DNA of 64,000 nucleotides from an uncultured Alphaproteobacteria bacterium (GTDB lineage: Bacteria > Pseudomonadota > Alphaproteobacteria > Rhizobiales > Xanthobacteraceae): assembly GCA_963829315.1 (NCBI GenBank), contig CAWHIO010000027.1, forward strand, positions 2,976-66,975, read 5' to 3'. Within the stretch, counting starts at the first letter, position 1. Each line of letters begins with the position of its first letter. Below the pieces are notes generated by a model. It searched no databases, was not told the origin of the DNA, and worked only from the letters and a program-made list of their open reading frames with translations. This document shows positions 20,154 through 29,360 of this stretch, piece after piece. A program made the position numbers and the translations under genes.

Positions 20154-20450
20154 TCAAACAGCGTCTTTGGCAACCTTCAGCGGTGATGCCTTGACCGATT
20201 TGCTGGCTGGCTTGGCCGCGAACTGCATTGGCTCCTTGGTGAAAGGATTTATACCGCTGCGGGCTTCGGTCGCAGGCTTGTGCACGACCGACATTTTGGC
20301 GAAGCCAGGAATGACGAACTCGCCGGATTCATTCAGTTCCTTATAGCCTACAATCGCCATCTGCTCGATGACCGCCCTGACGTCTCCTTTGGAAACCTGC
20401 GTTCCCTCTGCAATTGCATCAATCAACTGATTCTTGGTCATTTTGGCCAT
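20154..20450 (-). CDS. HU-family DNA-binding protein (divergent paralog)
   Basis: MTKNQLIDAIAE...FVIPGF...ARSGINPFTKE...AAKPA. Confidence 0.9.
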   Translation of the reverse strand: MAKMTKNQLIDAIAEGTQVSKGDVRAVIEQMAIVGYKELNESGEFVIPGFAKMSVVHKPATEARSGINPFTKEPMQFAAKPASKSVKASPLKVAKDAV

Positions 20451-20738
20451 GATGGATTCCTTTGTGGAGGCTCAGAACAATTTAGAGCGCATGAGCTACG
20501 CGGGGTGCGTCGCTCTGGTTAAAGCGTGGCAAAGCCACGCGGTTCGCTTCTCGTTCATGCCTATGGTCATGAAGTCACCGGGCTTAAAACCTATCGAGGC
20601 CCAAAACGCAAGCAGCAGCTCGGCGTGTGGTCCTTATCCGGCTTCCATGCGCCAGAAGCGGGCGCGGCTTGACCGAAATGAGGCAACCTTGGCCGCGAAT
20701 TCGTTTCGAAAATGGAGAGAGTTCCTGCCAAAGACCGT

Positions 20739-21161
20739 CTAGGACGCGAGCAGGTCCAGAGTCGCCTGGTCCGGCTTTCCGCCGTAGAATTTCGAAATCG
20801 CAGCGGCGAATTCCGGGTCCGACGAAACGGCGCCGAACAGAGTCATCGATGAGCGAAATTTCAAGTCGTCGGGACTACCAAGGATTTCCCGGATCGTGCG
20901 GCCCTCGATAGCGTTGACGAGCGCGGTGCACTGCTTGAGCCTCGCTCCCAGGACGTCATGCCTGAGATAGGCGACCGCCTCCTCGCGCGAGGAGATGGCG
21001 AAACGCTGCGCCATCGCGCTGGATCCAAGTCCGGCAAGCTGGGGGAAGATGAACCACATCCAGTGGCTTTGCTTCCGACCGCGGCGCAGTTCGTCGAGAA
21101 CACGCGGGTAGACCGCCGACTGGGCGTCGAGGAAGCGCTGGAGGTCAAAGGGACCGGTCAT
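20739..21161 (-). CDS. DUF1810-family protein
   Basis: DLQRFLDAQ, GRKQSHWMWFIFPQ, DDLKFRSSMTLF. Confidence 0.88.
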   Translation of the reverse strand: MTGPFDLQRFLDAQSAVYPRVLDELRRGRKQSHWMWFIFPQLAGLGSSAMAQRFAISSREEAVAYLRHDVLGARLKQCTALVNAIEGRTIREILGSPDDLKFRSSMTLFGAVSSDPEFAAAISKFYGGKPDQATLDLLAS

Positions 21162-21202
21162 GGTGCCGAGTTTGCTCCACACTCGACAAGCCGATCAAGA
21201 TG

Positions 21203-23561
21203 CTATGGGCGCGGAACCTGCTCAAACAGCCGCTTGCTCAGGATGGCGTGGACGCCCCAGTTGCCGTCGACCACCTGTGTCACGCCGAAATCCACCGCCG
21301 CCGACATCAGCGCGATCGCCTCGTCCTCGCTCAATCCTTTAATGTTCATCAGAAAGCGGCGCATCTTCCGGAATGCGTCCTTCATCGCCAGATCAAGCGA
21401 CGATGTCGCGTAGACCTCGCTCTGCCCCTTGGCGCCGAACTCGGCGAGATAGTTCGGATGGCTGAACCCGGTCAGAACCCAGTCGGTCTCGGTCTCGATC
21501 AGGGGATAGGTCAGGTCGGCGAAGACGCGGCCGGCGAGATCCGCCTTCTTGTGCAGGATGAGCTGGAATGTCCCGGTCATCGAACATTCGATCGCGGTGC
21601 CGCCCAATTCGCCATCGCCCTGCGTCGCATGCGGATCGCCGACCGACAGCAAGGCGCCCGGTACTGAAACCGGCAGATACACCGTCGCGCCCTTGCCGAG
21701 CCGCCAGTTGTCGAGGTTGCCGCCGAAATAGGAAGGCGGGATCGAGTTCGACGAAATCCACCTCGCGCGGCGCCACCGCGATCACGCCGAAATGCGGACG
21801 CAGCGGAATGCGGATGCCGTCGAGCACGTGGTGCCTGCGTTTGACCGAGCCCGGCAGCACCGGCACGCCGGGATAGTCGTAGGTCGAGTGCACCACGCCG
21901 AACGGATCGGCGAGCGGCTCCCAGCGGTAGGAATAGAGCGCGCGGGCACAGGGCGTTTCTTCGTGGTCGCCTTCGCGCTCCGCGAAGTAGATTTCGTAGA
22001 TCGTAACCGCCTCGCGCGGTTTCGGCTCGGCGAGCAACTCGTTGTAGTGGTAGCCCCACCACGCCGCGACGCTGGAGCCAAACACCTGGCCTTCGAACTC
22101 CGGATTGCGGCTGGGCCGCGGCACGATGTCGAGGATGCGAACCTCCAGCACGTCGCCGGGCTGGGCGTCTCTCACCGCCACCGGACCGGTGCAAATGTGA
22201 ACGCCGAAACCCTCACCGGCACCGCGGCCGTAAACCGAGGCATCCATCGGGCCGGCGCCGCGCCGATCGACGTTCTTGGCGTGACGGGTCCAGCCGAACA
22301 CGCTTTCGGCCCCGGCGTCGCCCGCGATCATCCGCGCCGGATCGTCGGAGGCGTGCTGGGTCAGGGTCTCGATCGTGATGGTGTCGCCCGAATTGACCTC
22401 GGCCTGCGGCGCCAACGACCTCGAGAAGTACCCCCAATGCACGCGCGACGCCTCAACCGCGAGATGGTGGTGGCGATGCTCGCCTTCGGCGCATGGCGTC
22501 ATGTCCGCCGGCTTCGATGCGGTGCCCTTTTGCTGCGCGGCGGCCAGCGGATGATAGTTGCGCAATTGCGCCAGCGCCTGCTGCGGCCAGCCGCGCTGGC
22601 CGGCCGCCGCGGCGGACGCTGTCGCGCGCTCGATTTCCTGCTGGCGGAATTCGCGCGGCGAAAGTCCGAACCGATGGCGGAATGCGCGGCTGAAATGCGC
22701 GGAATCGTTGAAGCCGTTGCGATAGGCGATCTCCGAGATCGAATGATGCGCCTCGGCCGGATTCGACAATTCCGCCGAGGTCCGCTGCAACCGGCGCTCG
22801 CGCAGATAGTGCGTGAAGCTGCTGCCGGAACCTTCGAACAGCTTCTGCAGATACCGCTCGGATATGCCTTCGGTCTCGGCCACCCGCGCCGGCGTCAGAT
22901 CGGGATCGTCGAGCCTGCGTTCGATGGTCTGGCAAAGACGGTGCAGGATCGCGGCCTGGGTCGCGGTGCCGCCCGCCTCGGCCGTCGGGGAGCGGACGAA
23001 GCTCGGCAAGAGGTCGGCCAGGCTCTGGGCGACCGCGGCCCATTCGGTATCGGAAAGGATCTCGATATTTCGCGCTGCCGCCTCCAGCGTGCGGGAAAAC
23101 ACCTCGGTAAAGCCGCTCGGCGGCAGCACCCGGACCTCGTCGGTGACCGGCCGGGTCATCTTGCGGCCGTGAAAGGCTTCCGACGTCACCGACAGCACCA
23201 CGGCGCGCATGTCACGCTGGAACGCCACGCTCCAGTCGCCCTTTCGCGGCAGCAGGATCAGATGCCCATTGGCGATAATCTGATGGCCGGCATGGGTCCT
23301 CAAGGTGACGCCGTCCTCGACCGGCAGCAGCACGATCGGCACGTCGTCGGCGCCATGTGACAATGGCGACACAGCCTGTGATCCCGCCGCCAGTCTCGCC
23401 AGCACGATGCCCTCGGCGTTGCGGCGCGACGCGGTCGCGTGCCCGGTCTGAACAAGCGAGCCCGTCGACGGCTGCAGTCCGACGGCCCTCAGCACGTCCC
23501 GCCATGCCTCCAGCCGGTCGTTCTCGGAATAGGATTCACTTGTGAATGGGCGGAAGCTCAT
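21203..23561 (-). CDS. AraC-type regulator fused to an acetamidase/formamidase domain (frameshift at ~21747)
   Basis: AraC HTHs (ISERYLQKLF; GFNDSAHFSRAFR) followed by HWGYF, HICTGPV, (shift) GGNLDNWR and GDPHA.QGDGE. Confidence 0.85.
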
Positions 23562-23800
23562 ATCGACCCCCAACACGGGAATCGAAGCAACCTCCATGCC
23601 AAAAGCGCGGCGCACGCCGTCGTTGGCCGCAGATTCAACTCCCGGATATCCCGTGCGAACCTGCAACTTGCGAATATTCCTGGCGCAGGGTTCCCTACCC
23701 TGCGCGCGACCGGCTCAGCGAAAATCAGAACCGACGCTCTTAATCCGTTGTTTTGACGCGCTTTCCTTTCATAGACCGGTATCCACTCTTCCGAACACCC

Positions 23801-25042
23801 TCAGTCGCACCGGAACAGGTTCTTCCGCAGCGTGCCGTGGACGCCCCAATTGGCGTCGACCACCTGCGTCACGCCGAAATCGGCGCCCACCGACATCAAC
23901 GAGATTGCCTCGTCTTCGCTCAACCCGTGCACTGTCATCAGAAACCGGCGCAGCTTGCGGAACGCGTCGCGCATGGCGCGGTCGAGGCTCGAATGGTTGG
24001 CGATCTCGGTCTGGGCATTGGCCCCGAGTTCGGCGAGGTAGTTCGGATAGGTAAAGCCGTACACCGACCAGGCCTGCTCGGTCTCCAGCATCGGATGCGT
24101 AAGCCCCTCCAGCACGCTGCCGCCGAGATCGCGCTGCTTGTGCAGGATGAACTCGAAATCGCCGGTCAGCGAGGTTTCGATGGCGGTGCCGCCGAGTTCG
24201 CTGTCGCCCTGGGCGGCATGCGGATCGCCGACCGAGAACAACGCGCCGGCTACCGCGACCGGATAATACATCCGCGCGCCCTTGCCGATCCGCCAGTCAT
24301 CGATGTTGCCGCCGGTGTAGCTCGGCGGAATCGAGCTGACGAAATCCGATTCCGACGGCGCCAGCCCCATGGTGCCGAAATGCAGCCGCGCCGGCACCTT
24401 CACATGCTCAAGGATATTCTCGCGCTTGCGGATGGTCGTGTGGTCGACCCGCACACCCGGATAATCGATCGTGGCGTGCACGATGCCGTCCGGATCGGTC
24501 TGCGGCGTCCAGACATAATTATAGACCGCCTTGGCGAACGGCTCGCCGGAGGTATCGAGCTCGAAGATCGTGATGACCTCGCGCGGCTTCGGCTCCTCGA
24601 TCAGATCATGGTAATGGAAACCCCAATTCGCCGAGGCATTGGAGCCGAAGCACCGGCCGGCGTGGCAGGCATGACAACTCGGACGCGGCCGGATGTCCAG
24701 GATGCGGACTTCGAGCACGTCTCCAAGTTCAGCATTCTCGATCGCGACCGGCCCGGTCAAGAGGTGAACGCCGACGCCCTCGCCCGACCCGCGAATGAAC
24801 GGGCCTTGCGTCGGGCCGGCGCCGCGGCGGACCACCGCCTTGTGCTCGCGGGTCCAGTGGAACACGCTTTCCGCGCCGGGATCGTTGGCGATCATGCGCT
24901 CGTAATCGTCGTTGGCGTGGTGCGTCAACGTCTCGATGGTGGCGCGGTCTCCCGAACGCAGCGTCAGGGCCGGCGTCACTTTCTTGCTGAAGTACCCCCA
25001 ATGAACCGAGGCCGGCGATACCGGCAGCGTCAAGTGCTTCAT
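23801..25042 (-). CDS. Acetamidase/formamidase-family amidase
   Basis: VHWGYF, HLLTGPV, GGNIDD, GDPHAAQGDSE. Confidence 0.9.
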   Translation of the reverse strand: MKHLTLPVSPASVHWGYFSKKVTPALTLRSGDRATIETLTHHANDDYERMIANDPGAESVFHWTREHKAVVRRGAGPTQGPFIRGSGEGVGVHLLTGPVAIENAELGDVLEVRILDIRPRPSCHACHAGRCFGSNASANWGFHYHDLIEEPKPREVITIFELDTSGEPFAKAVYNYVWTPQTDPDGIVHATIDYPGVRVDHTTIRKRENILEHVKVPARLHFGTMGLAPSESDFVSSIPPSYTGGNIDDWRIGKGARMYYPVAVAGALFSVGDPHAAQGDSELGGTAIETSLTGDFEFILHKQRDLGGSVLEGLTHPMLETEQAWSVYGFTYPNYLAELGANAQTEIANHSSLDRAMRDAFRKLRRFLMTVHGLSEDEAISLMSVGADFGVTQVVDANWGVHGTLRKNLFRCD

Positions 25043-25064
25043 GCGAGTGCCTCCTGGGAATTGA

Positions 25065-26690
25065 TCATGCGGTTCTCTCCGGCGCCTTGTCCGCTTCCAT
25101 GATGCTCAGAAAGCGCGCGGTGAGCGGATTGCGCGGATTGGTCAGGACGTCGTGGGCCGGCCCCTCTTCGATGATCGAACCTCCGGAAAGGAACGCGACG
25201 CGATCGGCGACATCGTCGGCGAAGCGAATCTGATGGGTGGCGATGATCATGGTCAGCCCGTCATCGACCGCCAGCCGCCGGATCACCTCCAGCACCTCGT
25301 TGACGAGTTCCGGATCGAGCGCGGAAGTCGGCTCGTCCAGCAGCAACACGCTCGGATTGGGCGCCAGCGCCCGGGCGATCGCGACCCGCTGTTGCTGCCC
25401 GCCGGAAAGGTGGCGCGGCAGCGCATCGGCGCGATGGCTGAGGCCGACGCGTTCGAGCAATTCGCGGGCGCGCCGGTCGGCATCGGTCCGGGTCATGCCG
25501 TGAACCCAGCGCAGCGGTCCGGCGATGTTCTCCCGGGCGGTCAAATGGCTGAACAGGTTGAACTGCTGAAACACCATGCCGACGCCGACATCGGCGCGTT
25601 CATTGGCGATCTCGCGCGGCGACAAAGGCTTGCCGTCATCGCGGTGCCCGAGCCGGCGGCCGCCAACGCGCACCATGCCGGAATCCCAATTTTCCAGATG
25701 GTTGATGCAACGCAGCAGCGTGCTCTTGCCCGATCCGCTCGGTCCCAGCAGGGCCACGACTTCGCCGACCCGCACCGTCAGATCGAGCCCGTCGAGCACG
25801 GGCTGGGTGCCATATTTCTTGCGCAGATCGGTCACCTCGACCGCGACATTGTTGCGTTCGACCATCGCGGCGTGCCTGGCCCGATCCGCCCGGGAGGTCG
25901 GGCGCGGTGGCGGCAGCGGTGGTTCGGGCAGCACCTGCGTCGGCGCTGTCGGCGCCGCTGCCTGTTCGGCAAGCCGGAGCTTGGTCGCAAGATCGACCCG
26001 GCGCCACGGCAGGAAGATCGCCAGACGCCCCTGCGGCGTGGCGCGATCGAGGTCAAGCGCGCGTTCCACGAACAACTGGATCACGCTGACCGCTGTCGTG
26101 AGCCCGAGATAGATCAGGCCCGAGGCGAAGAAGATCGAGAAGAAATCGAAGGTCGAGGACGCCAGTTGCGTGCTTCGCAGCGTCAGCTCCTGCACCGAGA
26201 TGACGCTGGCCAGCGAGGAATTCTTCAGCGCGCTGACGGTCTCGTTGCCGAAAGCGGGAATCATCGTCCTGATCGCCTGCGGTGCTATGATGCGTCGCAT
26301 CAACAACGCCGGCGTCATGCCGAGCGCCTGGCCGGCCAGCACCTGTCCGCGATCGACGCCCAGCACGCCGGCACGCAGCATTTCGGCGATGAAGGGCGCT
26401 TCATTGGCGGCCAGCGCGAGGCCGGCGGCGCCGATCGCGCTGAGCTTCAGCCCGATCTGCGGCAAGGCATCATAGGCGAACACCATCTGCAGGATCAGCG
26501 GCGTGCCGCGAAAGATCACGGTGTAGGCCCTCGCGAATGCCGCCAGCATCCAGAAGCGACTGAGCTGCATCGCCGCAAGCCCCAGACCGAGGATCAGCCC
26601 GCCGGCCAGCCCGAGCGCGGTCACCACGACAGTGAACCAGATGCCCTCGAGCAGGTACGGCAGGCTGAAATAGTGGACGAACAGCGACAT
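25065..26690 (-). CDS. Polar amino-acid ABC transporter, fused permease + ATPase
   Basis: FRGTPL and EMLRAG permease motifs; GPSGSGKS, LSGGQQQR, LLDEPTSALD. Confidence 0.92.
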   Translation of the reverse strand: MSLFVHYFSLPYLLEGIWFTVVVTALGLAGGLILGLGLAAMQLSRFWMLAAFARAYTVIFRGTPLILQMVFAYDALPQIGLKLSAIGAAGLALAANEAPFIAEMLRAGVLGVDRGQVLAGQALGMTPALLMRRIIAPQAIRTMIPAFGNETVSALKNSSLASVISVQELTLRSTQLASSTFDFFSIFFASGLIYLGLTTAVSVIQLFVERALDLDRATPQGRLAIFLPWRRVDLATKLRLAEQAAAPTAPTQVLPEPPLPPPRPTSRADRARHAAMVERNNVAVEVTDLRKKYGTQPVLDGLDLTVRVGEVVALLGPSGSGKSTLLRCINHLENWDSGMVRVGGRRLGHRDDGKPLSPREIANERADVGVGMVFQQFNLFSHLTARENIAGPLRWVHGMTRTDADRRARELLERVGLSHRADALPRHLSGGQQQRVAIARALAPNPSVLLLDEPTSALDPELVNEVLEVIRRLAVDDGLTMIIATHQIRFADDVADRVAFLSGGSIIEEGPAHDVLTNPRNPLTARFLSIMEADKAPERTA

Positions 26691-27610
26691 CAGTTGACGG
26701 AAAGAATGTCGGGCTCCTTGAAGTTGTTCGGGTCAAGCTCCCACTTCTTGAGCAGCTCCTTGTGAATCCCGGCCTTCTGGACTTCGATCAGCGCCGCCAG
26801 CACGGCGTCGCGGAACGCAGGCTTGTTTTTGGGAACCGCGATGCCGACCGAATAGGGAATGGTCACCGCGATGGCTTTTTCGAGCTTGTCGGGATTGGCC
26901 TTCACCGCCTGATCGACGGTGTTGACGTCGTTGACATAGGTGTCGGCGCGCCCGGCCAGGATCGCCTGGATGCAGTTGGCATTGTTGTCGTAGAGCTGCA
27001 GGGTCGGTTCGGGCTTGCCGGCGGCCTTGCAGGGCGCAACCAGGGCCTGGACCAGCGGGACTTCGACAAAGCCGGTGTTCTCCGCCGCGGCGGCGCCGCA
27101 CATCAATTCATTGATGCCGGTGATCTTCTTCGGATTGCCCTTAGCGACCAGCACGCCGTCGAACACCTTTGAATAGGTGATGAAGTCGGCCGCCTTGGCC
27201 CGCTCTTCGGTGGCATAGATATCGGAGATCACGATGTCGGCCTGTCCGCTCGACAACGTCGTCAGCAATGCGGCGAAGGTGACCGCCTTGTAGGTCAGCT
27301 TGAAGCCGAGGCACTCGCCGATCTGTTCACCGAGGTCGATGTCGAAGCCAACATATTTGTTCGGGTCTTTCGGATCGATCGCCTCATAACCCGGCGTATG
27401 CGGATTGATGGCGTTGACCAGCGTCTTGCCCTTGAGATCCGGGTACTTGGCCTGCAGGGCCGCGCACCCTGCCGGCGCGGCGGCGTTCGCCGATACCGGC
27501 GCGCCAACGCCTGCCAACAGGAACACAACCAGCGCAGCCTTACGTAATCCGGCCGTTGCGGCGGGCTGCGGCCGCCGCGTCCGCGCTTTGGTCAAAAACC
27601 GCTCAAGCAT
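26690..27610 (-). CDS. Amino-acid ABC substrate-binding protein
   Basis: Signal peptide, GFDIDL, T.ERAKAADF. Confidence 0.9.
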   Translation of the reverse strand: MLERFLTKARTRRPQPAATAGLRKAALVVFLLAGVGAPVSANAAAPAGCAALQAKYPDLKGKTLVNAINPHTPGYEAIDPKDPNKYVGFDIDLGEQIGECLGFKLTYKAVTFAALLTTLSSGQADIVISDIYATEERAKAADFITYSKVFDGVLVAKGNPKKITGINELMCGAAAAENTGFVEVPLVQALVAPCKAAGKPEPTLQLYDNNANCIQAILAGRADTYVNDVNTVDQAVKANPDKLEKAIAVTIPYSVGIAVPKNKPAFRDAVLAALIEVQKAGIHKELLKKWELDPNNFKEPDILSVN

Positions 27611-27925
27611 CTGCTCTCTCCTTCGACGTTGTCATGGCGAAGCCATGTTCCAAGTGCGAAGCGAGCCTACGGTCGCCACCCCGCTGAAGGCTTGTCTCGG
27701 GGCGCACAAAAAGTTGGATCGCTCCATGCCAGGATTTAGGCAGGGCTGCCAAATTTATGGGCGGTGGGTTTCGAGTGTTGCCAAAAAACAATGAGTAACT
27801 TACTTGCGATATTCGCGTCACAGTCTGGGGACCGGCTCAAGCTGAGAAGCGGCCAAAGATGGCCGGACACTCGATCTCATTGGCCTCCTCCCAAGCAGAT
27901 TTTCATTAGCGTATTGCGGTTCATG

Positions 27926-28499
27926 GCGGACATGATCCCGCGTTCTCGCGGCGCGATGCGCCCGAGGCTTTGCCGGAAGCGTCCGCCCAAAACAGAGGGC
28001 GCAGGGAATGCCGGGTGCACGCCGCACCCGCGGTCTCGTACGCAAAATGGAGAGTGGGTGCGCGCACGAGCATACGGGCTCAGCGGAGGCATCCGGCATC
28101 CCCTGCGTAATGGCTTTACGGCTTATGCCGTGCTCTCCCCGGCGACGAATTCGTCTTGTCACCGTCGTCGGCGGCTGTTGCGGCTGCCCAACCCGGTCGG
28201 GTTGAGATAGCCACCGCCGACTTGGCACCAGCAACGGGTGTCAGGACCACACGGTTTTGCCGTACGCGCAAACGTCGTTCGTCCTGCGCGCCCGCACATC
28301 GCTCACGAGGTTCAACCCGCCCTGCGACATCAATGGCGCGCCGACGCTCTTGCGTCCACCACATCCCGTCCCGCGTTCGTGACGACGCGCGACCGCCCCT
28401 CTTGTCGGAAGGACGGGGCGAATTAGGCCACTGATTTTAGCTCTCGGTGAAGCGCGATCTTGCCCGTCGTGCCAATCCGCCGCAACCCGACGGGCAACC
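27926..28499. repeat. ~575-bp intergenic structured repeat, copy 2
   Basis: Direct repeat of 12822..13399. Confidence 0.9.
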
Positions 28500-28610
28500 G
28501 TGTGGGCTGATCCTCGGCTTGCGCGGTCCTCGGTAATACAGTCTTTGGTTGTCTCATCAAAAAAAGTTACCTAAGATAATGTCCCCAAGGGAACCCAGGG
28601 AGGGACACAC

Positions 28611-29210
28611 ATGAGCATCGCATCACTAGCCAATGACGAAATTCTGCGAACTGACCGGCGAAATCTTGATCTAAGGCCGATTATCGCCACCAACCTCGAT
28701 CCTGTCATCGCTACGCTCGGGTTGGACGCCGCCGCCGCCGCCCAGTTGCGCACGGCTATGCAGCCGGTGGCCGAGGCTAGTCCAGTTCAGCCAACCCCCG
28801 CGTCGAGCGCACTCGACGGGCTTGTCAAATACATCCCGACCGAAACCATCACCCTTTATGTGGCGGCAACCGCCGCGATAAAGAGCATAACGTCAGCCTT
28901 TCCGTGGTTGACCCCGAATTCTCTCTACTGGGGCTTTGTCGGACTCACGCCGATCCTCTTTCTGCTGGTCTATATGGGCAAACGCCGCAGCCAGGCCCTC
29001 CCCATCCTTCCTCAACGGCTTACTCAATGGCCGTGGTGGAAGCTGATCGCATGCACTGTTGCATTCGCATTCTGGGCGTTGGCCGTGCCCCCGCTGGTCA
29101 CGACCGAGGGTGGCAAGTTTGTTGCTGCGTTCGGAGCGCTCTTTATATCGACGCTGCTGAGTTTGATCGGTGCAGTGGTAGAGCCCGCACCGGCGCCGGC
29201 GGCACCTTGA
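28611..29210 (+). CDS. Hypothetical membrane protein (about 4 TM)
   Basis: GGAGG RBS; LVKYIPTE followed by hydrophobic segments. Confidence 0.7.
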   Translation: MSIASLANDEILRTDRRNLDLRPIIATNLDPVIATLGLDAAAAAQLRTAMQPVAEASPVQPTPASSALDGLVKYIPTETITLYVAATAAIKSITSAFPWLTPNSLYWGFVGLTPILFLLVYMGKRRSQALPILPQRLTQWPWWKLIACTVAFAFWALAVPPLVTTEGGKFVAAFGALFISTLLSLIGAVVEPAPAPAAP

Positions 29211-29360
29211 TGGCTAATCGGTAGCTTTGCGCAACAAAGCGCCGATAGCTGCGGTAGTGCGCCATGGCCTCGTGCCTGTGAACCGGCGCCACCCGTCAAA
29301 AGGCTCCGCCGATAGCGGCGAATCATCTAGAGGTTGACGTGGGTCACCTGGATCGAGCAG

